Position numbers and translations under genes: made by a program
Notes under the pieces: model-generated
Database searches by the model: none
The model's input: only the letters and a program-made list of their open reading frames with translations
What the model was told of the DNA's origin: nothing
Source: the human T2T-CHM13v2.0 reference genome, Homo sapiens
Reading direction: 5' to 3' (one strand)
NCBI RefSeq assembly: GCF_009914755.1
Contig: NC_060925.1
DNA length: 64,000 bases
In this document: positions 24,454 to 38,699 of the stretch, in pieces
Layout: every line of letters begins with the position of its first letter
Position numbering within the stretch: position 1 is the first letter of the stretch

Positions 24454-25923
24454 CTAAAAGCACTCACAGTGTAACAAGAGCTCTACTAGAGATATATGCA
24501 AAGTGCTATAAGGGGAGCACAAAAGAGGGAACTCTAGGGTACCCATGCAACGTTTCACAGGATCCTCTTGGTTCTGTGAACTTCTTTCCATTCTGAACTA
24601 AAGCTACTACTTTAGTTCAGCAAAATGCAATTGAGAGTCAGCATGATACAATTTCTTCCTGACTCAAACACCTCTGATGGGCCTCCACTGTTTGTAAGTC
24701 CAACAATTAATAAGTCCAAAATAAGACACGACAATTCAAGGAACTTTTTCATCTTGCTTGAGCTACTCTTTCAGCCTCATCATTCCTTCATACACTTCTA
24801 CATGATTTATGCTTTAGAAAATATTTAGAAGTGAAAAAGGCAGATGAAATTTGACCCAGGATAAAAAAGAGAACATACATATTTGTCATAACAGTAAACC
24901 TCTTTACAAAACTTCCATTGAGTCCTGTGTATTTTCTCTGTGATACTCAAAATCCCTGTCAAACAGAATGGGGTGAAGCTTATTAATACTTTCACATCTT
25001 GCCATTATGTGTTTATGCTGTGCTTTCCCTTAGCTTGTTTTTCCTCTTCTTTTCTGGTCAATGAAACTCTAAGACTCTAGAAAAATTGTCACTTCCATGA
25101 AGCATTTCTTAATCCATAGCTAGAGTTAATAAACCTCTGTGCTACAAAGGGTATTTTAGCACAGTGATTTATATTGTAACTAAAATTTTATGTTGTCTGT
25201 CCCTCTGTAAGAGCACAGATCAGAACTGTATTATTCCCTGCTATATCCAGATGCCAAGAACAGTGCCAAGTACATAATAGGTGTCGAATTGTTCAATTAA
25301 TATTTACTTAGCATGCAAAAACTTAGTTGTGAATGTCTCTTCCTAGAGTTGATAAATACATTAGAATTAGAGATTGTGTCTTACTCATCTTAGTATCCCT
25401 TACAGCATTCAGTACCTCTGACACAAGGAAGTACTTAATATATGATGTTTGCATTGGACTGAATCTTCTCTAGGCCTTTCAATCTTCTGAGCATTCAAAA
25501 ACTATACACCAGTATTTATAAAATACACATATTTTTAAAAATATATAAGTAGAAATGCACCAAACAGATTGAATTGCAAAATGGGTAAAGATGAACTCTA
25601 GGCAATACAGGAAGACCAACCAGAATTTACATTGGGGAATTGTAATAAAATTAGAGTATTTCTACTGCAAAAGGGAAGAGATGTGGCTGCTTCTCTAATT
25701 GTTGCTTTTAAATGGTACTTCATTAGGTTGAGAATTGAAACCTGAGACTCACACAAATAACAAAATAGCACCACGGACAGGATTGCAGGCTCTAGACACT
25801 ATTTTGCAACTTATTTGGACAGGCTTCATAGGAACACACAGGCTAAGGATTTGAATGCTCTATTGCTCTGAGGGGTTTGACTATGTACAATATATTTCAT
25901 ACTTAAGATTCATTTAAAAACCT

Positions 25924-27669
25924 AAATTTCAGAACTTGTTATTGGTCTATTCAGGGATTCAACTTCTTTCTGGTTTAGTCTTGGGAGGGTGTATGTGTCC
26001 AGGAATTTATCCATTTCCTCTAGATTTTCTAGTTTATTTGAGTAGAGATGTTTACAGTATTCTCTGATGGTAGTTTGTATTTCTGTGGGATTAGTAGGTG
26101 ATATCCCCTTTATCATTTTTTATTGTGTCTATTTGAATCTTCTTTTTTTCTTTATTAGTCTGGCTAGCAGTCTATTTTGTTAATCTTTCCAAAAACCAGC
26201 TCCTGGATTCACTGATTTTTTGAAGGGTTTTTCGTGTCTCTATCTCTTTCAGTTCTGCTCTGATCTTAGTTATTTCTTGTCTTCTGCTAGCTTTTGTTTG
26301 CTCTTGCTTCTCTGGTTTTTTTAATTGTGATGTTAGGGTGTCAATTTTAGATCTTTCCAGCTTTCTGATGTGGGCATTTAGTGCTATCAATTTCCCTCTA
26401 AACACTGTTTTAGCTGTGTTGAAGAGATTTTGGTATGCTGTGTCTTTGTTCTCATTGGTTTCAAAGAACTTATTTATCTTATTTATTTCTGCCTTAATTT
26501 TGTTATTTACCCAGTAGTCATTCAGGAGCAGGTTGTTCAGTTTCCATGTAGTTGTGCAGTTTTGAGTGAGTTTCTTAATCCTGAGTTCTAATTTGATGGC
26601 ACTGTGGTCTGAGAGACTGTTATGATTTTCGTTCTTCTGCATTTGCTGAGGAGTGTTTTATGTATAATTATGTGGTCAATTTTAGAATAAGTGCGATGTG
26701 GGTGCTGAGAAGAATGATTTCGGGTGGAGAGTTCTGTAGATGTCTATTGGGTCTGCTTGGTCCAGAGTTGAGTTCAAGTCCTGAATATCCTTGTTAATTT
26801 TCTGTCTCGTTGATCTGTCTAATATTGAGAGTAGAGTGTTAAAGTCTCCCACTATTATTGTGTGGGAGTCTAAGTCTCTTTGTAGGTCTCTAAGAACTTG
26901 CTTTATGAATCTTGGTGCTCCTGTATTGGGTGCATATATATTTAGGATAGTTAGCTCTTCTTGCTGCACTGATCTCTTTATCATTATGTAATGCCCTTCT
27001 TTGTCTTTTTTGATCTTTGTTGGTTTAAAGTCTGTTTTATCAGAGACTAGGATTGCGAACCCTGCTTTTTTATTTTTTTCTTTCCATTTGCTTAGTAAAT
27101 ATTCCTCCATCCCTTTATTTTGAGACTATGTGTGTCTTTGCATGTGAGATGGGTCTCCTGAATACAGCACACTGATGGGTCTTGACTCTTTATCCAATTT
27201 GCCAGTCTATGTCTTTTAATTGGGGCATTTAGCCCATTTACATTTAAGGTTAATATTGTTATGTGTGAATTTGATCCTGTCATTAGCTAGCTGGGGTTTT
27301 TACCCGTTAGTTGATGCAGCTTTTTCATAGTGTCAGTGGTCTTTAAAATTTGGTATGTTTTTGCAGTGGCTGGTACTGGTTTTTCCTTTCCATATTTAGT
27401 GCTTTCTTCAGGAGCTCTTGTAAGGTAGGCCTGGTGGTGACAAAATCTCTCAGCATTTGCTTGTCTGAAAAGGATTTTATTTCTCCTTCGCTTATGAAGC
27501 TTAGTTTGGCTGGATATGAAATCCTGGGTTGAAAACTCTTTTCTTTAAGAATGTTGAATATTGGCCCCTACTCTCTTCTGGCTTGTAGGGTTTCTGCAGA
27601 GAGATCTGCTGTTAGTTTGACAGGCTTCCCTTTGTTGGTAACCCGACCTTTCTCTCTGGCTGCCCTTAA
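25924..27669 (-). mobile_element. L1PA internal fragment (end of ORF1 plus ORF2 endonuclease region), frameshifted
   Basis: ORF track pieces: MTGSNSHITILTLNVNGLNAPIKRHRLANWIKSQDP (27283), AILVSDKTDFKPTKIKKDKEGHYIM...[15 protein letters not shown]...[21 protein letters not shown]...[19 protein letters not shown]. The right end encodes ORF1 LRAAREKGRVT. Confidence 0.96.
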
Positions 27670-30218
27670 GGTATATTTTGTACGAAGTTCATCTTGGAGA
27701 GTACATCAGAAAATAACAGCTTCAAAGACAAATGTCTATAAGTATTTTATTGATGGTTTTTGTTTTGCTTTGTTTGAATGTGTGGGTGTTTTATTTCATG
27801 GCATAGGGCAAGCAACTGATCACACCTGCTTATTTTATAAATTTCAGGCTAAAGCTGTACAATCATGATCTATACTACAGAGCTTTGGAAACTTGATTGT
27901 TCAATCACGTCTATGCAACAAATTATTGGGAATGAGTTCAGGTCCTGCCTGGGTACTCCCTCATTAGGGGTATCCATCCATTCAATTGAATGTCCATGCT
28001 ATTCTGAATCTCCACAAAGAGCACACCTGGCTTGGCTAAGAGGTGAAGCACACTGCTCTGCACTTGCATGTGGACATACAATAACCACATTCCAGCTATT
28101 TTTCAGAAAGTTTAACTCTGAACCTATTGTCATTCGGTATTAATCAAAACCTTGACTTAAAGAACAGGTATAGAAGATTGCTTAAGGGAACACAACAAAC
28201 ACATCTTTTCCTTTAAAACTCTATTCCTATATTGCACCAGCTGTGGGATCAGATCATTTTGACTTCTCATATAATTGTTACACACTGAGGTGATACCATA
28301 AGCATCTTAAAAGGAATATTCTAAGAAACTGGTAGTTATTGAGGACAGTGAATGCTGGATCACATAGTGTCTTCATTTGAGATCCATGAGGGAATTTTCT
28401 ATTAGGTATCAGGAAAAGTTGGGCTTTTTGTGAGCAACTAATTTGCTTGTCATGGACACTGTCAGTCATATAATTTGATTGGGTGGAAGTCTAAAAGCTG
28501 AGTAATAATGTGGCTACCCATAACAAAAGTACAGGATTTCATGGCATGCATTTTATTGTTTAGAGCCTCATTTGCTCTCTGTCTTGATTTCCTCATTCAC
28601 TTTATTTTATTATATTGCATAAATTTTATAAATGGCCTTACATTTTTACTAAAAAAGGAAGTTTAAAATAAATAAATGAACACAACAATGACAATGTTGT
28701 AAACTTTTACAAAAATGTAGAGTTAACTTATACATATTAACAGGTATTTTAACTATTATAGTGTTAGGTAACTACAGATACTTTTTGTTACATGCACTCT
28801 TAAAACAATGAATGTTTAATAATCACAAAATCATTATTTTCGCACAATTTCAATTTGCTATTTAAACTTATAAAATACTTGTAAAAATTTTTGCTTTATT
28901 CAATAAACTGTATCAATGCAAGTCCTACTTTAAAATCAGTGCTGTGGGCTCATGTAATTCATTTATTTTAAAAATATAATCATTTTTCTATTGAATTCAG
29001 CTTTCGCAACAGGATAAAGAGCAAGTTTTGAAACACAACAAATTAGCATACTATCAAGATTTGTTAGCCCTGGTACTCCTTAGACTAATATAGATAGAAA
29101 GAGTTAACCAGTTTTTCTTTTCTTATATTATTTCTGATTGGCCTGACTCTGAGTACAGTATGCTTAACAAATAAAATTCTCTGCATATGAAACAAAGACT
29201 TAAAAAGACAAATTACTGTTTTGGCAAATATTCATTCTCAATTAAAATTCATGTGAGTTGCTTCATGTACTGTTTGTACAACTAATGTCTCAAATGTGAC
29301 ATGACTATAACAGAACTATGGCAGTGTAAGCTGGTAAGTCAAGTTGATAAATGCTGTTCATTGCAATGCCTACTGTTTATGAACTCCTCAGGTTAATTCG
29401 TGTTCCAAATATTAAGTAGCTCTTTTGTATATTAATGTACGTCAGGAGCCAACAAAAGTTTTGCTATTGAGAGAAAATAATTTTCAAAAGAAACTATGAA
29501 ATAATATAAGTCAAAGTTCTATTAAACTACTTCTGTCGTTTTAGAAAGGGCAAGATGAAACAAATTATAAATGAACATCTTTTATCCTCTGACCTAGCAA
29601 TTTTACCTCTAGAAATTAGTTCCAAGGTAAAAACTTGTACAAACATTTATGTATAAGTCTGGTCTCTGCAACATCCTCTTATATAAAAATTAGAAAAAAA
29701 TCAACAGTAGGGGAATGGTTAGTTAATCCATATGCTGGAACACTATGCAGCTGTTAACAACCATGTTATGGAAATATATTTAATGATATTAGAGAAGACC
29801 ACAATATATTTTTTAATTTAAAAAGGATGTTACAAAGTAGTAATGATTATATAATCTTAATTTTATTTTTATAATATATATATAAAAAGACAATGGTTTG
29901 AGGTCAGGTCAAAATGTTTATTTTACAGTGTTTATTTCTGAGAAGTAGGCAAACAAGAATAGTTTTAAAATTTTTAGTCTATTAGGTCTTGACTCTTTTC
30001 CATAATTTTTCTTCTTTTTTTTTTGGAGGTGGAATAGGGGTAATAAACATGGACTACTTTAGTAATTAGGAAGAAAACAATGAAAGTGTTATTTTTATAA
30101 CTTACATTTAAAAATGTTTGATTTTAATACTCACGGAACAGAGATGTCTTCTTTAGTTTGCCTAAATTCACTTGTGAGAAATTGGAGATTTGGGGGTCTG
30201 GGGAGAGAGGCAATATAA

Positions 30219-30591
<373 letters not shown>

Positions 30592-31356
30592 GCAAGTGAA
30601 CTGTTTCTAAGAAAACAACCAGAAAAATGGTGAAGTGCTATTTAGACACTTCAGTGTTGGCAATCAAGGTTTGAAGTAAGCATAATTTCCCAGGATTACC
30701 CTTAACGTGTTTTCTATTTGGGGATATAAAGCGAATCAACAATGCACTCTTCCTCTGCAATAAGGAGCATGGGTTTGTTGGTTGCCATTAAAGCCTGAGG
30801 ACTCAGACTCATTGCTTGTTGATAACTATTATTGCTCCATTTTTGAGTTCCATCAAACAAGAGAAAAAAAGTCTTTACAGAGTTTATACTGAGGATATGC
30901 GTAATTCTTGACCCTGAAATGTGATACCTATAGAATCTAAGAGTTTACTGGGAAAACCATCTGCTCCTCAAAGCTAGGTGTCCCAAATAAGAGAAAAGTT
31001 AGAAAAAGTTTGTATTATTTACGTGACTAGAAATGTGTTATAAAGACTTTTGCTTTTCAGCCTGAATCTAGTGAAGACAGAAGTAGAAGTTATTCACGTA
31101 TAATCTCATCCAGTCTGGTATTAATGAAAATGGATAAGCTAAAGTCCATTCCTATTGATCAGATGGAGAAATCAGAAAAAAAGATATCTAACATCTTCAA
31201 TCATTCAGCGTATTTTTTCAATCAATATCTCAGTTCAGTCTTAGTGCTATTTGCATATTACATAAAAATGCAGCACTTAACAAATTTAAATCTCTTATCC
31301 TTTTTCTGAAAAAAAAAATGGCATCATCAATAAACATTTGCTGAAGGTTTGACAGA

Positions 31357-31528
31357 CACTGGTCACTCAGAATGTGGTCTGTGGTCCAGCTGCATCACAT
31401 CACATGGGAGTCTGTCATAAATGTAGAATCTCAGGCCCCACCCCAGACCAGCTGAATCACAATTTTCAATTCAACAAGATCCCCAGGTGTTTTCTATGCA
31501 CAGTACATGGATGTTTGAGAAGCACTGT
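31357..31528. mobile_element. MER5A
   Basis: aaatgtagaatctcaggccccaccccagacc...aacaagatccccaggtg...tttgagaagcactg. Confidence 0.8.
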
Positions 31529-31753
31529 TTTAAGAGCATTTTTCAAGTATTGGAGATACCAAAAAGGTGTAAAGAGACTTCTCTAGTTAGTTCCTAGACT
31601 AGGAAGTAAATATACATAAAAGATAAACTATACAAGAAGCATATGACAACTGCCAGGTGAGAGGTGTAGACAATTAACGGCATAGGAGTTTGAAGGAAGG
31701 CAAAGGTCACTCAAGATTGGGGCAGCTGGAGACATCTTAAAGGAAAGACAGTA

Positions 31754-32070
31754 TAGCTGGCCCTCTGTATCCGCAGATTCTGTATCCGTGAACACAAACA
31801 ATCTGGGATCAAAAAATATTTTGAAAAAAAATTGCACCTATACAGAACATATACAAACTTTTTTTCTTATTATTCCCTGAACAATATAGTATAACAAAAT
31901 TTACATAGCATTTACATTGTATTAGGTATAAGTAAACTAGAGATGATAAAGGAAGATGTGCATAGATCATATGCAATTACTACACTATTTTATATCAGGG
32001 ACTTGAGCATCTCAGATTTTGATATCTGAGGGGTCCTGGAACCAATCTCCCTCAAATACCGAGGAGTACT
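31754..32070. mobile_element. MER2 (Tigger MITE)
   Basis: ggccctctgtatccgcagattctgtatccgtg...gggacttgagcatc...gggtcctggaaccaatc...ataccgagg. Confidence 0.8.
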
Positions 32071-32509
32071 TTACTTGGAAAATAAGAAAAAAGGGAGTAT
32101 GGTAATACTCAACCCTCCTTTGCATAAGTTTACTCTGTAACAGTTCTGTAAATTTTATATACCTAGAGCTCTTGGTATGGTTATTGTGTGGAGAAAAACT
32201 ATTTGGTCTGAACAACTTAGTTATGGTAACTTGAAAACAGTATGCATGATGTACAAATATACAGCCTTCTGTGAATAAGGCCAGGCTGTTTTCCCCAAAC
32301 TGTGTGTATTTCATTTTTTAAACAAATATATTAAATTTAGGATTTATTTAGAATGCAGGAAAACTCCTTTTTGAAGCACTCCTGAAAGGAATTCTTTTGG
32401 AAAATATAGAATTATTTTATAATATGAATAGTCAATTCCTGAAATATATATACCGTGAGTTAATATTTTCATTATATTTCAATTAAGTGCTTTTAAAAAG
32501 ATCATGCTT

Positions 32510-32643
32510 GGCCAGGTGCAGTAGTTCATACCTGTAATCCCAACATTTTGGGAGCTGAGGCAGGAGGATCACTTAAGGCCAGGAGTTTGAGACCAGCCTG
32601 GGCAATACAGTGAGACCCCATCTCCACAAATAATAATAATAAT
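32510..32643 (+). mobile_element. FLAM_C-like Alu monomer
   Basis: Left monomer with an (AAT)n tail. TSD AAAGATCATGCTT. Confidence 0.88.
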
Positions 32644-33784
32644 AAAGATCATGCTTGTACATACTTACTATCTGGAGCTAATGGTTATTGTTTTGCTACA
32701 GTGTCACTAAATAAAAATCAACATACAAAGGTGAAAGGGTGGCACATGTCTGCTGATTACATTTAAGGGCCCCCAAAGTCTCTCTTTTTGTCCTTGCAAG
32801 TGGTAGGATTGTTTCACTGCGATATAAATAAAACGCCTTAGTAATTACATCCTGAGAACACCATGGCTCAGTACTATTCATGCCAACTTAACTGAACTGA
32901 AACATGGCACTGGTGTCAGTGGCTTTTACTTATTGATGGATTTGTAAGGTGGCAGGCTCTTTCATGTCCAAAAGCGGTAGTTTCCCAGGGTCTCAAGAAG
33001 ATTTAAAAATATTTTCCTTCCATCACAACACAAAGCCTACTGACTTTAAGTAATGCTGCTGAGGGTTAACATTTGAAACTGACAAGCAGCACATGTGTAT
33101 TACAGAGATAAGGCCTGGCACATGTTGCTGCAGCCTCCTGAGATTTTGAAATGCTAGCAGCTCCAGCTGGTGGCTATGCTCCATTCCTAATGTGCACTTT
33201 TTAGGGAAACTTGAGCCCCTCCTTCTGACTGTGATAGGGACATGTCTGATTGGAATAGGGTTATTTTTAAAGATATTCAGAACAACGAACATATTTATTC
33301 TAAGAATAAAAAGAGAGTGGAAAGAAATAAAAGAGGTAAAATGTTAAGCTGAGATCTTAAAGAAAACAGTATCACTTGTTAAAAAAAAAGAAAAATAGTG
33401 AATGCAGCCAAAGAGCAGTTAAAAAAAAATCACTAGGGAAGAATAGTTTTAAAAAGAAAAAAGAAAAAATGAAGGAACTGAAAGGCACTTTTTATGAGAA
33501 TCATTCAGATAAACATACTGAAAAATAGCGAGGCAAAAAAGACTGATACAAGGAGTAGGGAAATGAAAATGAGTTAAGGAATGGGGAAACAAAAACCAGT
33601 TGAATTCCAAAATGAAATAAAAACATAGAGATTAAAAAAAGAAAAAGTACACTATGGAAGAAGACAGCTATCAAAATTTCTCAATCCCTATGGGGGCTAA
33701 GGTGGCACACATGGAATGGAAGGCAAGGGACAAGAAGGTGGGTTTGGAAGTAGACAGGGCGACATAGTTCTGTTTAAATAATAT

Positions 33785-34202
33785 TGATAGGAGCCCACTG
33801 GTCTGGACTGAACTCCTTCCTGCAAAAGGCCCAACACACCAAACCAAAATGGAGTCACAGATGGTAAAGTTCCATGTTACCAAGCCAAAACTCAGTTTAT
33901 CTGACTTTCTGAGAGATCAGGAGAGTGAGAGATAATAGCAAAATCTTCAAGTTTTAGCTGGCATGATAAGAAAATCCTCTCTGCTTTAACCTTTACAAGG
34001 AAATTAATTTTGAAATAACCAACCCACTTTTTGTTTTCTGTTTCTGCTTTCCTCAGTCCTTTTGTGACTATAAAACCAACTGCTCAGCTTATTGGGGCAC
34101 TCATTCTATTTTACAGAATGAGGTGTTGCCCAATTCTAGTATCACAAATAAAAGTCAATTAAGATCTTTAAACTAAATTTGTTGTAATTTTGTCTTTTGA
34201 CA
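33785..34202 (+). mobile_element. Solo ERV1 (MER4-group) LTR, subfamily uncertain
   Basis: TG...CA termini, caaaccaaaatggagtcac motif, TATA-like CTATAAAA and AATAAA near the 3' end. Confidence 0.65.
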
Positions 34203-34712
34203 ATTCTTAGCTGTAATAGAAGATGCTAAGGCCAGAGAAGCAGGCAAAGTCAAAACTAAATTCAAAATGTTAGGGGCAGAGTCAGAAAAAGTACCTAATC
34301 CAAAAGGATACTTAGGCAAATATCCTCAAAGAGTTAAAATTCCATGGGTGACAGTTTCATGATTGGTTACTGAAGTTAACTGGAATATTATACAACTAAT
34401 CTTTTGAGGTTGGTGTTTAGAATGTTACCACTCTCATCTACAACATATATATTAGTACTATTATCACAGACAGAAATCATGGAGAACAGACCAGAGACTA
34501 ACTCAGCAGCAGAATTATATTCTTAAATGCTTTAAGGGCATTCAAAACATGTTTTTTGCATTATATGCAATTATAATTTGGAAATATATTCTTGACATTA
34601 TAAAACACAAACAATTCAAGATGGAACCAGGTAGAACAGAGTTAAGATGCTGGCTTTTTAATAAGAATATGTCTTTTGGAAACAATAAAAAGATACTTTT
34701 AAAATTCTTTAA

Positions 34713-34992
34713 TTTTATTTTAGAGACAACAATCTTGCTCTGTCATCCAGGCACAATCATAGCTCACTGCAGCCTCAAACTCCTGAGCTCAAGGGATCCT
34801 CCCACCTCAGCTTCCTGAGTCGCTGGGACTACAGGCATGTGCCACCACACCTGGCTTATTTATTTATCTACTTATTTATTTATTTTTATATTTATTTTTC
34901 CCAGCTGGTTTTGAATTCCTGGCCTCAAGTGATCCTCCCATCTCAGCCTTCCAAAGTACTGGGATTATAGGCATGAGCCACTATGTCTGGTC
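34713..34992 (-). mobile_element. AluJ
   Basis: atcatagctcactgcagcctcaaactcctgagctcaag; expanded T-rich linker. Confidence 0.88.
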
Positions 34993-35189
34993 AAAAGATA
35001 CTTTTTTAAAAAGGTTTTAAAATTAGGTTCTTTGAGCCTCATTTCTCCAACTATAAGATGAACATCAGAAAGTTTACCTTGAAGGGAACTGAGGATTAGA
35101 GCAAATCGTTATCAAGTTTCTGGGTCATTAACTGGATATAGCAGTCATAACAAATAGTTCATGAGATGTGTATTTAAACAATACAGAAT

Positions 35190-35520
35190 GGACATTTAAT
35201 TCATCTTTTACTAACACTCATTCTCTCAAAAATATATACTGAGTTCTTACTATGTACCAGACACTTTTCTGAATATATCAGTGAAAAACCAAAAATCCTT
35301 TCCTTCCAAGAGCTTGCATGCTAGTGAAAGGAAACAAAAAATAAGTGTGTTCAATAGTAAATGGTATAGTATGTTTAGAAGCTAATACTTACTTGTTACA
35401 GAAGAAAGTAAAACCAAATATAGTAGGATAAGTAATTGAGTGTTAGGCTGTTACAACTATAAATGTGGGTGGGAAAAGGTAGGCTTTGATCTCTTTGAGA
35501 ATGAGATATTCAAGCACAAA
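35190..35520 (-). mobile_element. L2 3' end fragment
   Basis: aaatatatactgagttcttactatgtaccagacact...ccttccaagagcttgcatgctagtg. Confidence 0.55.
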
Positions 35521-35799
35521 TACTACTAAGCACAAATAACTGAGGTAACTAAGTACCAATTTGGATTTCTGCGAATAAATTGTGGATGATATATGGATGG
35601 TGTTTCATTGTTGTTACTGTTATCCAAAGGCATAAGAAAGCTAAATTTGCTGGAAGAATCTTATCTTGAAATATTCTTACAACTATATTCTATTCTTCAT
35701 GCTATTCTTAACTTCTCTTTGGCCTATCACAGAACAGTATTTGTTTAAAGCGCAACCGTTTCTTTTGACCATGTAGCAGCAGCACTCATTAATGCCATG

Positions 35800-36022
35800 T
35801 TCAAGGTTATCAATCTTCAGACAGGCTTCCTTCTCAAAGCACTCCCCATCTCTCATATTGCTTCCTTATTCTCACAGTACTTATTTTACTCATTTGTTGT
35901 CTGTCTTTCTATTAGAACAAAAACTTTGTGAGAAAAGGGATTTTTTTGTGCCATTACTGCAGTATCCGCATGCTTGGCATTGTCTGACACATAAAAAGCA
36001 CTTGATACATGGTTGAATAAAT
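35800..36022 (+). mobile_element. L2 3' end fragment
   Basis: ttgttgtctgtctttctattagaac...tgtctgacacataaaagcacttgatacatggttgaataaat. Confidence 0.55.
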
Positions 36023-36976
36023 AAAAGCGGTAAGTAAGAATTAGTTTTAGAAAAGAACCACAGTGTAGAAAATCATTAGGATACTTTCACAATTAATAAA
36101 GGCTTGAAATTTAGAGATTTAATATTTGCAACTTCAACTACTTAAGAGAAATTCTAAAAGTATGTGATGTGCACTAATTTGTAATACTGCAGAGGCTGGT
36201 GAGTGGGAGCAAATCACTCAGCTAGTGAGTGCATCCTACCAAGCTGCTCACATAACATGAGGCTCTGTCATTCTCTACTGACGACTGAGCATACGGCTAC
36301 GCAGCAAGTTATTTGCTAGAATGGTATGAAAACTGGAGATTCAAGATCCCAGGATGCAGTCCTCTTGTATATAAAAGCCTTTGATATACTTGTTATAATT
36401 AGAGAAAATATTTTATATAATAAGATGCTGATTCCTAATCTAACAGTATAGAGGTAGCCTGATAGAGTAGCCAGAGTACAGAACGGGGTTAGGAAATTTG
36501 TGCAGATTTGTCTTAAGCTGAGTGAGTGACCTGGACAGATCACTTCATGTTTTCATGATTCTGTTTTTTCATAGATAAAATGGAGTTACAATAATATAAG
36601 TAAATAAGAGTACCTATATTTCACCATATTAGCCTTAGGACCAAAATGAAATGTTCTATATTTAACTGCTTTATAAATTGAAAAAGATTTTTGGAAAAAT
36701 ATAATACTTGTCAAAATAAAAACTATGCTTTTAGATTTTATTTAGAAAAATTTCAGGTTTATGAAATTTATTTATGAAATTTCTATTCATATTCATATTT
36801 AAGTGTGTAATTCTGGATGATTCATTTCTGATGTCTAGTTAGCTCTATAATCATGACTAAAAACTGTGTATTAATTAAAAACTACTCTGTGTGTGTGTGT
36901 GTATTCTTAGATGTCAACATTCTCTAGGAGAAAAATAAGACAAAACAAGAAAATACCTAAAGATCAAATGTACACA

Positions 36977-38349
36977 TGGCACAAAGATAGACATATGGAT
37001 TAATGGAATAGAATTGAGAGCTCAGAAATAAATATATACATCCACTTTCAACTGATTTTCAACAAAGTTGCCAAGGCCAACCAATGGGGGAAATAATAAT
37101 CTTTTCAACAAATAATGTTTCAACAGCTGGATAGCAATGTGCAAAAAAATGAAGTTCAATCCTTACCTCACACCATATACAAAAATTCACTCAAAATGAA
37201 TAAAAGGCCTAAAAGCAAGACCTACAATTTTAGAACTCTTAGAAGACAACATAGGAGTAAAACCTTTATGATGCTGGCTTTGACAAAGGATTCTCAGATA
37301 TGACACCAAAAGTATAAGCAATAAAAGCAAAAAATAGATAAATTAGACTTAATCTAAGTTAAAAAACTTCCTGCTTCAAAGGACACCAACAAGAAAAGTA
37401 ACAGACAGCCCACAGAATGGGAGAAAATATTTGCAAATTATATCTCTGATAAGGGACTTTTATTGATAACATATAACTCTTACAAGTCAATAATAAAAAT
37501 GACTTAATTTAAAAATAGGCAAAGAACTGAATAGGTATTTCTCCATGGAAGATATACAAATGGCCAATAAGCACATAAAAAGATACTCGATATCACTAGT
37601 CAATAGGGAAATGCAAATTAAAACCACAATCAGACATCACTTCACACCCACTGAGATGGCTAGAATTAAAAAGTCATACTAACATATACTGGTGAGAATA
37701 TGGAGAAGTGAGAACCCTCAAATACTGCTAGTGGTAATGTAAAATGGTAAATGGTGCAGCCATTTTGGAAAAAACTCTACTAGTTTTTCAAATGATTAAA
37801 CACAGTTACCATATAACTCAGCAATACTACTATTAAGAATATACTCAAGATAACTGAAAACATATATTCCCACAAAAACTTGTACACAGTGTTTACAGCA
37901 GCATCAGTCATAATAGACAAAAGATAGAAACAACCCAAACGTCTATCATTTGATGAAAGAATAAACAAAATCTGGTATATCCATACAATGGATTATGATT
38001 TAGCCATAAAAAGGAATAAAGTACTGAATGCATGATACAATGTGGATGAACCTTAAAAATATTATGCTACATGAAAAAGGCCAGTCATGAAAGACCACAT
38101 ATTATATGATCTCATTCATATGAAATGTCCAGAACAGGAAAATCTATAGAGATAGAAAGTAGATTAGTGATTGCCTAGGGCTGAGGGTGAGGTGGGAAGT
38201 AGGCAAATGATAGCCAAAAGGTATAGGGCTTGTTTTTGAAGTGATGAAAATATTCTAAAATTGTGGTGATGGAAACCACTGAGCTATATGTTTTTAAACA
38301 AGTGAATCATATTGGTATGTGAATTACACCTCAATAAAGCTGTTAAAAA
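36977..38349 (+). mobile_element. L1MB 3' portion (ORF2 end plus 3' UTR)
   Basis: gatagacatatggattaatggaatagaattgagag...gaaatgtccagaacaggaaaatctatagagatagaaagtagattagtg...gtgaattacacctcaataaagctgttaaaaa. Confidence 0.9.
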
Positions 38350-38699
38350 TCACATGTATAGACCTTGCTCAATTTTTACACAAAGATTTTCTTATTTTCC
38401 TTTTTAAAAAGACTTCTCTGAAAGAATTAAATTACCAGACAGGCCACCTAGGTAATTATAAAACAAAAAAGATGTTCTTACATTGACTTGTATTTCGATT
38501 TCATAAAATGTGACTAATAATAATAATAATACTTAAACGTACTTAAAGCTACATGTGTCTACATCATATTATGTCTATTTTTCATTTATCACAAATAAGG
38601 CCACTGAACCTTGAAACCTTGGCCAGTATCATACTGTTTAAGAGTGCAGAGTATCATTAAATAGTGATAATTATAATAACCTCTATTACAAGAGTGACA

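Noticed and set aside
25922-27283. L1 ORF2 as a functional endonuclease CDS
   Set aside because: It is broken into at least four frames by stops and indels, lacks the RT domain and has no promoter.
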